Assembly (NCBI GenBank): GCA_963764715.1
Contig: CAVXTP010000014.1
Coordinates: forward strand, 32,001 to 96,000
Length of the DNA: 64,000 nucleotides
Direction of reading: 5' to 3'
Origin: an uncultured Acidobacteriota bacterium
GTDB taxonomy: Bacteria; Acidobacteriota; Thermoanaerobaculia; UBA5066; Gp7-AA6
Positions 28,977 through 41,076 of this stretch are shown here, in pieces; within the stretch, counting starts at the first letter, position 1, and every line of letters starts with the position of its first letter. The notes below the pieces were generated by a model that worked only from the letters and a program-made list of their open reading frames with translations, was not told where the DNA came from and ran no database searches. Position numbers and translations under genes: made by a program.

Positions 28977-31127
28977 CTACGCGGGCGTCAGATCCGCGTA
29001 GCGCGCAACGAACTTCTTCTTGCCGGCGCGGTCGAAGTACACCGTCAGGCGAGTCTCCTCCCCGGATCCCTCCTCGCCGAGGATGACGCCGTAGCCGTAG
29101 CGGGGATGACGGACGCGCCGGCCTCGGCGCAGCGGCCGGTCGTCGACCTCCTGGTTCTCGTCCTCGGCCTCGGCGACGAACGAGCGTCCCGAGAAGACCG
29201 GCGGCGCCGGGCGGCCGAACATCCGCTCTTCGATCGCCGACTTCGGAATCTCGTCGACGAAGCGGGAGGGCCGCCTCGGCTCGACGCGGCCGTAGACCAG
29301 GCGCCGGTCGGCGAGCGTCACCGTCAGGGAGTCCTTGGCCCGGGTCATCCCGACGTACATCAGCCGCCGCTCCTCCTCGAGTTCCTCCTCGTCCTCGGCC
29401 GACTGGCCGTGCGGGAGGTACCCCTCCTCCAGTCCGACGAGGAACACCTGGGCGAACTCGAGGCCCTTCGCCGCGTGAAGCGTCGAGAGGGTCACGGCGC
29501 CTCCGCTTTCGATGGCGTCCTCGTTCGTCGCGAGCGCCACGGTGTCGAGGTACTCGGCGACCGTCGAGTCCTCGGCGTTGCGGCGCTCGAACTCGCGGGC
29601 CGAGGACAGGAGCTCCCGGATGTTCTCCCGGCGCGCGACGTCGTCGCGGTCCTCGGAGCCCTCGTACAGGGCGCCGTAGCCCGTGATCGCCAGCAGGTGC
29701 TCGAGGAGCTCCGACGGCTTCGACGTCTCGACCCGGGCGTGGAGCTCTTCGACGATGTCCCGGAAACGCGCCAGGGCGGTGCGCGCGCGGTCCGGCACGC
29801 CGACGGGATCGGCCGAGACCTCCCACCAGGACTTGCCGGTCTCCCGCACCGCGGCGGCGAGCTTGTCGAGCGTCGCGGCGCCGATGCCGCGCGCGGGAAC
29901 GTTGACGACGCGCCGGAAGGCGAGGTCGTCCTGCGGCCGGGCCGCGAGGCGGAGGTACGCGAGGACGTCCTTGACCTCCGCGCGCTCGTAGAACTTCATG
30001 CCCCCGACGACGACGTAGGGAATGCGCCGGCGCACGAGGTCCTCCTCGAAGGGCCGGGACTGCGCATTGGTGCGGTAGAGGATCGCGATCTCGCCGGGGG
30101 AGCGGCCGGAGCCCGCGATCTCGCGCGACACGGCCTCGACCTCGGCGCGATCCTCTTCGAAGTGCCAGAGGCGCACGGCCGCGCCGTCGCCGCGGTCGGC
30201 GCGGAGCTTCTTCTCGCGCCGGCGCCGGTTGTGGGACACGACGCCGGAGGCCGCCGCGAGGATCTTCGCCGTCGAGCGGTAGTTGGCTTCGAGCGCGATG
30301 ACCCGCGCCCCGGGGAAGTCCTCCTCGAACCGGAGGATGTGCTCGATCTCGGCGCCCCGCCAGCGGTAGATCGACTGGTCCTCGTCCCCGACGGCGCAGA
30401 GCGAGTCGGCCTCCGTGCCGAGCAGCTTGACCAGCGCGTCCTGCGAGGAGTTGGTGTCCTGGTACTCGTCGATGAGGAGGTGGCGGACGCGCCGCCGCTC
30501 CTCGGCCGCGACCTGCGCGTTGGAGGAAAGCAGGCGCACGGATCGCCCGATGAGGTCGTCGAAGTCGAGGGCGCCGGTCGAGGCGAGCTTCTTCTCGTAG
30601 AGGGCGTAGACCTGGCCGATCCGCTCCCCGGCGAAGTCCGTCTGCTCGGCCCGGAAACGCTCGACCGAGACGAGCGCGTTCTTGGCCTGGGAGATCCGGG
30701 AGCGCACCGCATTGGCGGGCAGGACGTCGGTCGAGAAGCCGAGCTCCTCCATCGCCTCCTTCACGAGCGCCATCTGGTCGCCCGAATCCGCGATCGAGAA
30801 CCGCGGCGGCAGATTCGCCTCCCGGGCGCGGCGGCGCAGCAGGCGCAGGCACCACGAGTGGAACGTGCCGACGAACGACGGGAGCGGCGCTTTCCCCACG
30901 AGGGCCTGCGCCCGTTCGCGCATCTCCCCCGCCGCCTTGTTCGTGAAGGTGACCGCCGCGATCGTGCGCGAATCGACCCCGGCCTGAACCAGACGCGCCA
31001 GCCGGTGGGTGATGACGCGAGTCTTGCCCGAGCCTGCCCCGGCGAGGACGAGGAGCGGGCCCCGGTCGTGGAGGACGGCTTCGCGCTGCTCGGGATTCAG
31101 CCGGTCGAGGAGGGAGTCGTTCGGCAC
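28977..31127 (-). CDS. uvrD: ATP-dependent DNA helicase UvrD/PcrA
   Basis: AGAGSGKT, TFTNKAA, DEYQD, GDEDQSIY, TLHAAKGLEF, EERRLMYVGMTRA, C-terminal Tudor-like domain. Confidence 0.96.
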   Translation of the reverse strand: MPNDSLLDRLNPEQREAVLHDRGPLLVLAGAGSGKTRVITHRLARLVQAGVDSRTIAAVTFTNKAAGEMRERAQALVGKAPLPSFVGTFHSWCLRLLRRRAREANLPPRFSIADSGDQMALVKEAMEELGFSTDVLPANAVRSRISQAKNALVSVERFRAEQTDFAGERIGQVYALYEKKLASTGALDFDDLIGRSVRLLSSNAQVAAEERRRVRHLLIDEYQDTNSSQDALVKLLGTEADSLCAVGDEDQSIYRWRGAEIEHILRFEEDFPGARVIALEANYRSTAKILAAASGVVSHNRRRREKKLRADRGDGAAVRLWHFEEDRAEVEAVSREIAGSGRSPGEIAILYRTNAQSRPFEEDLVRRRIPYVVVGGMKFYERAEVKDVLAYLRLAARPQDDLAFRRVVNVPARGIGAATLDKLAAAVRETGKSWWEVSADPVGVPDRARTALARFRDIVEELHARVETSKPSELLEHLLAITGYGALYEGSEDRDDVARRENIRELLSSAREFERRNAEDSTVAEYLDTVALATNEDAIESGGAVTLSTLHAAKGLEFAQVFLVGLEEGYLPHGQSAEDEEELEEERRLMYVGMTRAKDSLTVTLADRRLVYGRVEPRRPSRFVDEIPKSAIEERMFGRPAPPVFSGRSFVAEAEDENQEVDDRPLRRGRRVRHPRYGYGVILGEEGSGEETRLTVYFDRAGKKKFVARYADLTPA

Positions 31128-31152
31128 CGCCGGATCATAAGACAGACAGTGC

Positions 31153-31173
31153 GCCGCCTGCCGCCTGCCGCCT
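31153..31173. repeat. Heptamer tandem repeat (GCCGCCT)x3
   Basis: Three exact copies between glmS and uvrD. Confidence 0.7.
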
Positions 31174-31175
31174 GA

Positions 31176-33002
<1,827 letters not shown>

Positions 33003-33191
33003 GGAGTTACCTCGAATGGAAATGCCGCGGCGCCAATGGCCCCCGCCGACGACTTGTCATGGAAGGCCGTATTGTAGCCGATGGCCGTCGGTGCCACTGG
33101 CCGCTGCACGAACAGGCAACGGGAATGCCGCCGCGGGCGAACCCCGTGCGGCCGCGCGCCGCCAGCCCCCGAAACCGTGCCGTGCCCGGGG

Positions 33192-34628
33192 TTACGTCCA
33201 GCCGGACTTCTTCGCCTTGCGCCTGGCGGCCCAGCCGGGCTTGTTGGTCTGGGCCGTCCGCGACAGGGCCAGCGCGCCGTCGGGCACGTCCTCCGTCACG
33301 GTGGTGCCCGCGCCGACGTAGGCGCCGGCGCCGACCGTGACCGGGGCGACGAGCTGGACGTCGCTCCCGACGAAGGCCCCCTCGCCGATCGTGGTCGGGT
33401 GTTTCTTCTCGCCGTCGTAGTTGCAGGTGATGACGCCGGCCCCGATGTTCGCGCCGGCGCCGATGTCCGCGTCCCCGAGGTAGGAGAGGTGCTGCGCCTT
33501 GGCCCCCCGGCCGACGCGCGTGTTCTTGGTCTCGACGAAGTTGCCGATCCGGGCGTCCTCGCCGATCGCCGAGCCGGGACGGAGGCGCGAGAAAGGGCCG
33601 ACCCGCGCCCGCGGTCCGATCGACGCCTTCTCGCTTTCGACGTGCGGCCCCACGACCGCCCCGGCCTCCACGCGCGTGTCGACGAGCCGGGTGAAGGACA
33701 GGATCTCGGCGCCCTCGTCGAGGGTCGTCTCGCCTTCGAGCGAAACGAAGGGGTGCAGCACCACGTCCGGCGCCACGCGGACCCGGGGAGCGATGCGCAC
33801 GGTCGCGGGATCGAGCACGGTCGCGCCGGCGTCGAGGGCGCGATCGACGCCGCGGCGCCGCTCCATCTCCTCGGCCGCCGCGAGGTCCCGCCGCGTGTTG
33901 ACGCCCCAGGCTTCCCGCCAGTCCCCCGCCTCGATCGCCTCGACGCGGCCCTTGCCCGAGGCCAGGATCTCGACGGCGTCGGTCAGGTAGTACTCCCCGG
34001 CGACCGGGTTCTTCCGAATCCTCGCGAGCGCCCGTCCGAGCGACTCCGGGGCGAAACAATAGACGCCGGCGTTGACCTCGCCGATGCGCTTCTGCCGCGC
34101 CGAGGCGTTCTTCGCTTCGACGATTCCCCGGACCTTTCCGCGGGCGTCCCGCACGACGCGTCCGAAGTCGCCCGGCTCGGGAGGCCGGAAGGTCAGAAAC
34201 ACGAGATCGAGCCGCTTCTCCGCCTGCCGCGCGACCAGGCGCGCCAGCGTCTCGCCCGTCAGGAGCGGCGTGTCGCCGGCGAGCACGAGAACGGGACCGC
34301 CGCCCGCGGGGAGCGCCTCGAACGCGCGCCGGGCGGCGTCCCCCGTCCCGAGCGGAGGGTCCTGAATCACGAATTCGACGGCGCGCCCGTCGAGCGAGCG
34401 CTCGATGCGCTCCCGGTCGCCGCCCACGACGACGAGGACGCGCTCCGGCGAAAGATGCGCGAGCGAGTCGAGGACGGCCTCGACGAGAGTGCGCCCCGCG
34501 ACGCGGTGCAGCACCTTGGGCAGCGAGGAGCGCATCCTCGACCCGACGCCCGCCGCGAGCACGACGGCGCGCGGAGGCGCCGGGAAGGGGCGCCCCGAAG
34601 CCGGCCGACTTCCGGAGCGCCGCTTCAT
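33192..34628 (-). CDS. glmU: Bifunctional UDP-GlcNAc pyrophosphorylase / acetyltransferase
   Basis: LAAGVGSRM, PKVLH, EYYLTD, HLSYLGDA, TCNYDG, hexapeptide repeats. Confidence 0.97.
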   Translation of the reverse strand: MKRRSGSRPASGRPFPAPPRAVVLAAGVGSRMRSSLPKVLHRVAGRTLVEAVLDSLAHLSPERVLVVVGGDRERIERSLDGRAVEFVIQDPPLGTGDAARRAFEALPAGGGPVLVLAGDTPLLTGETLARLVARQAEKRLDLVFLTFRPPEPGDFGRVVRDARGKVRGIVEAKNASARQKRIGEVNAGVYCFAPESLGRALARIRKNPVAGEYYLTDAVEILASGKGRVEAIEAGDWREAWGVNTRRDLAAAEEMERRRGVDRALDAGATVLDPATVRIAPRVRVAPDVVLHPFVSLEGETTLDEGAEILSFTRLVDTRVEAGAVVGPHVESEKASIGPRARVGPFSRLRPGSAIGEDARIGNFVETKNTRVGRGAKAQHLSYLGDADIGAGANIGAGVITCNYDGEKKHPTTIGEGAFVGSDVQLVAPVTVGAGAYVGAGTTVTEDVPDGALALSRTAQTNKPGWAARRKAKKSGWT

Positions 34629-34665
34629 GGCCGAAGTATAGGCCGAGGCCCGGCGGGCCCCGGCG

Positions 34666-35337
34666 CTACGACGCCAGCAGCTTCTGGAACTCGGGCGCCT
34701 CGCGCACCGGGTCGAAGTCCCGGTCGTGCCGCGCGAGCACGCGGTGGCGCTGGTCCTCCTCGATCGCCTTCTGCAGGTGGACGAGGGCGGTTCCGAGCTC
34801 CCCCTGCTGCGCGTAGCAGCAGGCGAGCAGGAAGTCGACGCGGCCGCCGCCGTTCTTGCGCGCCGCGCGGTTCAGGTGCTCGATGGCCTCGGCGACGTTG
34901 CCGCGGTTCTTCTCGAGGACCGCCGCGTAGTAGAAGTCCTCCGGCTCCGTCAGCGCGGGACGCGGATCGCGGCGCTGGCGCTCGCACACGGTCAGGTAGA
35001 CGCGCGCGCGGTCGACGAGCTCGCGCTCCTCGGGGTACTTCTGGATGAGGTCGACGAAATGCCGCTCGGCTTCGTCGAGCTTCTTCTTCTGGAGGGCCGC
35101 GACGCCGCGGTCGTAATCCTTGCGCGCGTTCTCGGTGTGCTTCGAAAGCTCCTTGAACGTCTGGGGCTTCTTCGGGGCGGGGCCGTCGGCCGCGCCGCCG
35201 AGCAGTCCCAGGGCCTTCATCTTCTTCTCGAGCTCGTCGATCCGGACCGACAGGGCGTCGGCGAGCGCCTGGACGCTCATCTTCTCCGCGTTGTCCCGGA
35301 GGAACCTCAACTCTGCTTCCGCCCAGCGCTTGCTCAT
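34666..35337 (-). CDS. N-terminal HTH-like domain + TPR protein
   Basis: KRWAEAELRFL...QALADAL HTH-like start; TPR helices; FLLACCYA...ARHDRDFDPVR TPR-end motif. Confidence 0.75.
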   Translation of the reverse strand: MSKRWAEAELRFLRDNAEKMSVQALADALSVRIDELEKKMKALGLLGGAADGPAPKKPQTFKELSKHTENARKDYDRGVAALQKKKLDEAERHFVDLIQKYPEERELVDRARVYLTVCERQRRDPRPALTEPEDFYYAAVLEKNRGNVAEAIEHLNRAARKNGGGRVDFLLACCYAQQGELGTALVHLQKAIEEDQRHRVLARHDRDFDPVREAPEFQKLLAS

Positions 35338-35469
35338 CTCGATCAAACCTCCCGGCCGCTTTCGAAAAAACGGCGTATTGTAGGGAGGCCCCGGCGCGGT
35401 GTCAAATGACGGGAATCGCCGGACCGCCCCGAAGCGTTGATTCCGGTGGAGAACGCCCGAGAAACTCGA

Positions 35470-35760
35470 ATGAGCCGAGCCATCCGTTTCACGCTGCTGG
35501 CCGCCGCGCTCGCGGCCCCGCCGGCGCTCCGGGCCGAGGCGGACAAGGCGCTGACGGTGACCGGAACGATCGCGCGGCTGCAGGCCACGGCGCGAACGGT
35601 CGTCGTCGCGCTCGCGGAGGGCGGCGAGGCCACCTTCGTCTGGAACGCCGACACGAAGATCAGCGGGGTCCTGACGCCCGGGGCCCGGGTCACCGTGCGC
35701 TACGTGTCCGGCGACAACGGCGGCAATCTCGCCCTCCAGATCACCGTCGCGCGGAGCTGA
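35470..35760 (+). CDS. Small secreted OB-fold-like protein
   Basis: Signal peptide; VTGTI...ADTKI...GARVTVRY pattern. Confidence 0.65.
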   Translation: MSRAIRFTLLAAALAAPPALRAEADKALTVTGTIARLQATARTVVVALAEGGEATFVWNADTKISGVLTPGARVTVRYVSGDNGGNLALQITVARS

Positions 35761-35839
35761 TCCGCGGCGCCCTCGACCGGCCGTCCCGGTTTGCTAGAAT
35801 CTCCGCGCGCCGCGCTCCGTCGCGGCGAGGAGGAATCCG

Positions 35840-36103
35840 ATGGGGATGTACATCATCGCGGAGCCGTGCATCGGGACCAAGGACACGGCGTGCGTCGACG
35901 TCTGTCCGGTCGACTGCATTCATCCGCGCAAGGACGAAGCCGGCTTCGAGGCCGCGGAAATGCTCTACATCGATCCCGACGTCTGCATCCAGTGCGGCAA
36001 CTGCGAGCCGGCCTGCCCGGTGACGGCCATCTTCACGGAAGAGACGATCCCCGAGAAGTGGAAGCACTTCCAGCAGATCAACGCGGACTGGTACAAGAAA
36101 TGA
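35840..36103 (+). CDS. fdxA: 7Fe-type (FdxA-like) ferredoxin
   Basis: CIGTKDTACVDVCPVDC and LYIDPDVCIQCGNCEPACPV. Confidence 0.9.
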   Translation: MGMYIIAEPCIGTKDTACVDVCPVDCIHPRKDEAGFEAAEMLYIDPDVCIQCGNCEPACPVTAIFTEETIPEKWKHFQQINADWYKK

Positions 36104-36104
36104 C

Positions 36105-36150
36105 GTAGGGGCGGGGCTTGTCCCCGCCCGGGGCGGCCGCACGGCCGCCC
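36105..36150 (+). repeat. GTAG-family REP element followed by a second hairpin
   Basis: GTAG-GGGCGGGG-CTTGT-CCCCGCCC, then GGGCGGCCG-CA-CGGCCGCCC. Confidence 0.8.
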
Positions 36151-36167
36151 CAGGTCCCGTTCGGTCC

Positions 36168-36914
36168 CTACTTCCCCTTCAAGGTTCTCCCAAGAAACGC
36201 GTCCGCCCGAGCGTCGGCGTCCTTCGCGTCCGCCGAGCGATACACCTTCGGGTCCTTCGACGACGCGAAGCCGTGGCCGGCGTCGGGGTAGACCTTGAAG
36301 TCCACGCTCTTGCCGTCCTTCTTCGCCGCGGCGGCGAACTCCTCGACGTCCTTCGCGGGAATGCCCTGATCCTGCCCGCCGAAGTTGCCGAGGAGGGGCA
36401 CCTTCAGGCCGGCGATCGTCGCCGGATCGGTCATGAGGTGGCCGTAGTAGATGACGGCGCCGGCGAGCGTCGGCTCCGCCACCGCCAGGTTGAGCGAGAG
36501 TCCGCCGCCCATGCACCAGCCCACGGACGCGATCTTCGTGCCGTCGACGTCGGGGCGCCCGCGCAGGTAGGCCACCGCCGCCTTCATGTCCCGCAGCGCC
36601 CGGTCGTCGGGCATGCCGCGCATCAGCTGGTGCGCGGTGTCGGGGTCCGCGGTGACCTTCCCGCGGTAGAGATCGACGGCGAGGGCGACGTAGCCCTGTT
36701 TCGCGAAGCCGTCGGCCTTGGCCCTGGCCCAGTCGTTCAATCCCCACCACTCGTGGATCACGACGATCGCCGGCTTCCTGGCGGCGCCCTCGGGCGCGGC
36801 GAGGTAGCCCGTGACCGTCTCGGGACCGCTGGGATACGAAACCATCGTGCCGGCCGCCGCGAGACCCGCGACCGCGAGCCAGCCGACGAGCGTGACGAAG
36901 AGCTTTCTGAGCAT
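36168..36914 (-). CDS. Dienelactone hydrolase family protein (secreted)
   Basis: HEWWGLN, GWCMGG nucleophile elbow, YPDAGHGF. Confidence 0.93.
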   Translation of the reverse strand: MLRKLFVTLVGWLAVAGLAAAGTMVSYPSGPETVTGYLAAPEGAARKPAIVVIHEWWGLNDWARAKADGFAKQGYVALAVDLYRGKVTADPDTAHQLMRGMPDDRALRDMKAAVAYLRGRPDVDGTKIASVGWCMGGGLSLNLAVAEPTLAGAVIYYGHLMTDPATIAGLKVPLLGNFGGQDQGIPAKDVEEFAAAAKKDGKSVDFKVYPDAGHGFASSKDPKVYRSADAKDADARADAFLGRTLKGK

Positions 36915-36942
36915 GGTGCCTCCCTGCGCTAATCTTAGTGCG

Positions 36943-37434
36943 GTGGAGCTGCTCTTCCCCATCGCCGAGCCCGACCCCGAGTCGCGGCTCCAGCTCCTCT
37001 ACGATCGCCTCGCCTCCCGCTTCGGTCTCGACCCCGCCCGCGTCCGGCTCTCGCGCCGCAAGCTGACGGGCGGCGAGATCGTGTACGGACCGCCGCACCG
37101 CATCGTGATCTCCGCGCACCTCTCCCCGGCCGAGCAGGAGGACACTCTCCGGCACGAAGCCGCCCACGCCTGGGTGTGGCGTCTCGAGGGCCCCCGGGCC
37201 GGGCACGGCGCCCTGTTCCGACGCCTTTCCCGCACGCTCGGGGCCCGCGACGGCGGGGCCCCCGAGACCGCGGCGCTGCGCGAGTTCCGCGAGAAACGCG
37301 CCCGCGTCGCGTACGGGTGCGAGGGATGCCGGCGGATCTTCCGGCGCTTCCGTCCGTTCCGCGGCGCGCGCGAGTGCCTGGCCTGCCGGCGGGCCGGACG
37401 GCCGGCGCGCCTCGAGCGCCTGCCGCTTCCATGA
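36943..37434 (+). CDS. SprT-like zinc metalloprotease with Zn ribbon
   Basis: TLRHEAAH...GHG, followed by CEGC and CLAC. Confidence 0.85.
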   Translation: MELLFPIAEPDPESRLQLLYDRLASRFGLDPARVRLSRRKLTGGEIVYGPPHRIVISAHLSPAEQEDTLRHEAAHAWVWRLEGPRAGHGALFRRLSRTLGARDGGAPETAALREFREKRARVAYGCEGCRRIFRRFRPFRGARECLACRRAGRPARLERLPLP

Positions 37435-38282
37435 CCTCGGAGCGCAAGGGGCTCCTCTTCGTCGCGGCGGCGGCGCTGCTCTGGTCGACCGGAGGCATCG
37501 GCATCAAGTCCCTGTCCGAGCCGCCGCTCGTCATCGCGTTCTACCGTTCGGCCACGGCCGCGGTCGCGCTGCTCGCGATCTTCCGGCCCCGCGCCTGGCG
37601 CTGGACGCCGGCCTTCCTCGTCGGCCTCGTCAGCTACGCCGCGTGCCTGACGACCTTCGTCCTCGCCACCAAGTGGACCTCGGCCGCCAACGCGATCTTC
37701 ATCCAGTACGCCGGCGTCATCTGGGTGCTGCTCGCCTCGCCCCTCGTCCTGCGGGAGCCCCTGCGCCGCCGCGACGCGTTCGCCGTGGCGGCCGCGTTCG
37801 CCGGGATGCTGCTCTTCTTCCTGGGCCGCTTCGAGGCCCGCGGCCTGCGGGGCGAGATCACGGCCCTCCTCTCGAGCCTCTTCTTCGCGGCCCTCGTCCT
37901 CGCCCTGCGGCGCGAGCGGGGCCAGGCGGCCGAGGCCGTCGTCTGCTGGGGCAACGTGCTCGCCGCCGCGGCCCTCCTTCCGTTCGTGTGGAGCGAGCTC
38001 GCGGTGCCGCCGCGCTCGGCCGCCATCCTGACGTTTCTCGGCGTCTTCCAGATCGGCGTGGCCTACGCGCTCTTCGTCCACGGCCTGCGGTACGTCACGG
38101 CGACCGAGGCGTCGCTCATGGGGATGCTCGAGCCGATCGCCAACCCCATCTGGGTGTTTCTCTTCGTCGGCGAGCGGCCGACCGCGCCGTCGCTCGCGGG
38201 AGGCGCGATCGTCCTCTCGGCGATCGCCTGGCGCACGCTCACGGGCGGCACGCCGACGCCCGAGGCCCAGCCGCCGGACTGA
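37431..38282 (+). CDS. EamA/DMT family transporter
   Basis: Multi-TM; LWSTGG, ANAIFIQY, LEPIANPIWV. Confidence 0.92.
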   Translation: MTSERKGLLFVAAAALLWSTGGIGIKSLSEPPLVIAFYRSATAAVALLAIFRPRAWRWTPAFLVGLVSYAACLTTFVLATKWTSAANAIFIQYAGVIWVLLASPLVLREPLRRRDAFAVAAAFAGMLLFFLGRFEARGLRGEITALLSSLFFAALVLALRRERGQAAEAVVCWGNVLAAAALLPFVWSELAVPPRSAAILTFLGVFQIGVAYALFVHGLRYVTATEASLMGMLEPIANPIWVFLFVGERPTAPSLAGGAIVLSAIAWRTLTGGTPTPEAQPPD

Positions 38283-38288
38283 GGACCC

Positions 38289-39428
38289 TCAGCCCGGGAG
38301 GTCGAACTCGCGGCGCAGCCGCTCGCCGTCGGCATCGAGCGCGGGCGGGGCTTCGAGGCGCCGGGGCGCTCCCTCGACCCGGATCGGCGACGCGACGAAC
38401 GCGAAGCCCCCGGCCTCGACGACGGCGCCGAGGGCGCGGGCCGTCTCGCTGCGGAGCGCCTCGAGCGGGCTCCGAACCGGTCCGGCGGGAATGCCCGCGG
38501 CGCGGCAGCGCGCGACCCAGGCCTCGCGGGTCTCGCGGCGGAAGATCCCGGAGAGCTCGGCCTCGAGCCCGGCGCGGTTTCGCACGCGGTCCGCGTTGGC
38601 CCGGTAGCGCTCGTCGGCCGCCCACTCCGGCCGGCCGACGAGCCCGGCGAGCCGCTCGAACTGCCGGTCGGTCCCGACTCCCAGCACGAAGGCGCCGTCG
38701 GAGGCCTCGAACGTCCGGTACGGGACGATCTGCGGATGCGCGTTCCCGTGGCGGGCGGCCTCTTCGCCCGTGACGAGCGCCGACTGCGCGACGTTGATGA
38801 GCGAGCCGAGCGTCGCCGAGAAGAGGTCGGTTTCGACGTGCGTCCCCCGCCCGGTCCGCTCGCGCGCCGTGAGTGCGGCGAGGATCCCGATCGCCGCGTA
38901 ACAGCCGGCGAGCAGGTCCGAGACCGCGACACCCACCTTGGTCGGGCCCGACTCGGGCGTGCCCGTGATCGCCATGAGGCCCGCGCCCGCCTGCGCGAGC
39001 AGGTCGAAGCCCGGGGCCGTCGCGTCCGGACCGCGCGGGCCGAAGCCCGTGATCGAGGCGGTCACCAGCCGCGGGTTCTCGCGCCGCAGCTCCGCGGCGG
39101 ACAGGCCGAACTTCTCGAGTCCGCCCGGCGGGAAGTTCTCGACGAAGACGTCGGCGCGCCGCGCGAGCCGCCGCACGGATTCCGCGCCCGCCGGCGAACC
39201 GAGGTCGAGGGCGATCGACTCCTTGTTGCGGTTGACCGAGAGAAAGTAGGCCGAGAGACCGGAGCCGGGGTCGTAGGGCGGGCCCCAGCCGCGCGTCACG
39301 TCGCCGTCGCCGGGGTGCTCGACCTTGACGACGCGCGCGCCGAGGTCGCCCAGCATCATCGTGCAGAACGGGCCCGCCAGCACCCGCGAGAGATCGAGGA
39401 CGAGGAGGCCCTCGAGGGGCGCGCCCAC
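38289..39428 (-). CDS. CaiB/BaiF family III CoA transferase
   Basis: LSRVLAGPFCTMMLGDLGA, NRNKESIALDL, ENFPPG, ITGFG. Confidence 0.95.
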   Translation of the reverse strand: MGAPLEGLLVLDLSRVLAGPFCTMMLGDLGARVVKVEHPGDGDVTRGWGPPYDPGSGLSAYFLSVNRNKESIALDLGSPAGAESVRRLARRADVFVENFPPGGLEKFGLSAAELRRENPRLVTASITGFGPRGPDATAPGFDLLAQAGAGLMAITGTPESGPTKVGVAVSDLLAGCYAAIGILAALTARERTGRGTHVETDLFSATLGSLINVAQSALVTGEEAARHGNAHPQIVPYRTFEASDGAFVLGVGTDRQFERLAGLVGRPEWAADERYRANADRVRNRAGLEAELSGIFRRETREAWVARCRAAGIPAGPVRSPLEALRSETARALGAVVEAGGFAFVASPIRVEGAPRRLEAPPALDADGERLRREFDLPG

Positions 39429-39434
39429 CGCGGC

Positions 39435-41045
39435 CTACCGGGCGGCCGCCGGCGCCGGGTGCCAGCCGAGCGGGCCGGGGAGGAAGTGGAAGAGGCCGAT
39501 CGGGGAAAGCTCCACGCCCTGGACGCGCCGCGAAACGCCCCAGTACTGGTCGGCGCCCCAGAGGAAGTCGGCCGGCGGGTCCTCGGCGAGGATGCGGTGC
39601 ACCTGCCGGTACAGACCGATGCGCTTCTCGGGGTCGGTCTCGAGACGCGCCGCGGCCATGACGCGGTCCGCCTCGGCGTTGGCGTAGAACCCGGTGTTCT
39701 GGCCGCGCGGAGCGTGCTGGCTCGAGTGGTAGTACGGGAACGGATCGAAGTTCGGAGGGAGGAAGAACCGGGCCGTCAGGTAGCCGTCGTAGTCGCCGGC
39801 CTGCGCGCGCTCGGCGACCTGCGCCGCGTCGAGGGCGAGGATCTGGAGCTCGACGCCCACCTGGGCGTAGGCGCTCCGGAGGATCTCGGCGAGGTTGCCG
39901 TCGATCCGCCGACCGGCCTTGATCAGCAGGGTGAGCGAGGCTTTCTTCCCGCCCCTGCGCCGCACGCCGCCCGCGTCCGCCCTCCAGCCGGCCTCGTCGA
40001 GGAGGCGGCCGGCGAGGGCCTTGTCGAAGGCGGCCGGCGCGACGTCCGGCGCGTTGGCCGAAACAGCCGGCGGAAACGGGCCCGACACCAGGGCCGCGCC
40101 GTCGGGCGGATAGAGCAGCTTCGCCGCGTCCTCGCGGGACCAGGAATGCGCGAGGGCCCGCCGCACGCGCGGGTCCGACAGGAACGCGTTCCGGACGTTC
40201 CAGAGAAGGAGGACCTCGAGGGGTTGGGGAACGCGCAGAATCCGGTTGCGCGCCTTGAACTCTTCGCTCGACTCGGCGATCGCCCGCTGGTCGCGGCTGA
40301 TCCGGAACTCGTCGAGCTCGCCGCGGGCGCCCGCCTGGAAGCGGGTGCTGTCGCTCGGGATGACTCGGAAGACGAGCTCCGGGAAGCCTCCCTCCTTCGC
40401 GTCCGGGCGCCGCGTCAGCCGGATGCTCCGGTTGGGCTCCCACGACGCGAACCGGTAGGGGCCGCTCCCGACCGGCGAGCGGTCGGTATCGGCGCGGCTC
40501 TTCGCGCGGCCGTAGGCGGCCGCCGAAACGATCGGCAGGTTGAAGGCGAGGATCCGCTCCGCGTAGGGGCGGGAGAACCGCACCCGCACGGTCGCGGCGT
40601 CGGGCGTCTCGATCGCGGCCACTTCCTCGAAGAACCCGCTCCAGCTCGCCGCGTGGACCTTCGGGTCCCGGATCCGCTCGATCGTGAAGCGTACGTCGTC
40701 CGAGGTCACGGGCGATCCGTCGTCCCAGGTGGCCGCCGGATCGAGCCGGAACTCGTACGTCAGTCCGTCCGGCGAGACGGTCCACGATTTCGCGAGCGCC
40801 GGAACGGTCGCGAGCGTCCGGTCGAGCCCGACGAGCGGCCGGAACATCATCCAGACGACCCGCAGCTCCTCCTCCTCCGTGATGGCCGTCGGGTCGAGGG
40901 TCGCGGGTTCTCCGAGGAGGTGCAGCGAGAGAGGAGCGGCCGACGGCGCCGGCGCCTCGCGGCGGGCGCAGGAGACGGCGGCGAGGAGCCCGAGACCGAG
41001 TCCGAAGCCGGCGAGAGCGGTGAGGCTTCGGGAAAGGCGCTTCAT
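39435..41045 (-). CDS. Peptide/nickel ABC transporter substrate-binding lipoprotein (family 5)
   Basis: Lipobox; LAKSWTVSPDGLTYEFRL, GSGPYRF, DPRVRRAL. Confidence 0.92.
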   Translation of the reverse strand: MKRLSRSLTALAGFGLGLGLLAAVSCARREAPAPSAAPLSLHLLGEPATLDPTAITEEEELRVVWMMFRPLVGLDRTLATVPALAKSWTVSPDGLTYEFRLDPAATWDDGSPVTSDDVRFTIERIRDPKVHAASWSGFFEEVAAIETPDAATVRVRFSRPYAERILAFNLPIVSAAAYGRAKSRADTDRSPVGSGPYRFASWEPNRSIRLTRRPDAKEGGFPELVFRVIPSDSTRFQAGARGELDEFRISRDQRAIAESSEEFKARNRILRVPQPLEVLLLWNVRNAFLSDPRVRRALAHSWSREDAAKLLYPPDGAALVSGPFPPAVSANAPDVAPAAFDKALAGRLLDEAGWRADAGGVRRRGGKKASLTLLIKAGRRIDGNLAEILRSAYAQVGVELQILALDAAQVAERAQAGDYDGYLTARFFLPPNFDPFPYYHSSQHAPRGQNTGFYANAEADRVMAAARLETDPEKRIGLYRQVHRILAEDPPADFLWGADQYWGVSRRVQGVELSPIGLFHFLPGPLGWHPAPAAAR

Positions 41046-41076
41046 CGGCGGCGGCAGACAGAATAGCATCCCGGGC

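Noticed and set aside
33003-33191. glmS ribozyme
   Set aside because: The conserved catalytic-core sequence was not recognisable on the coding strand.
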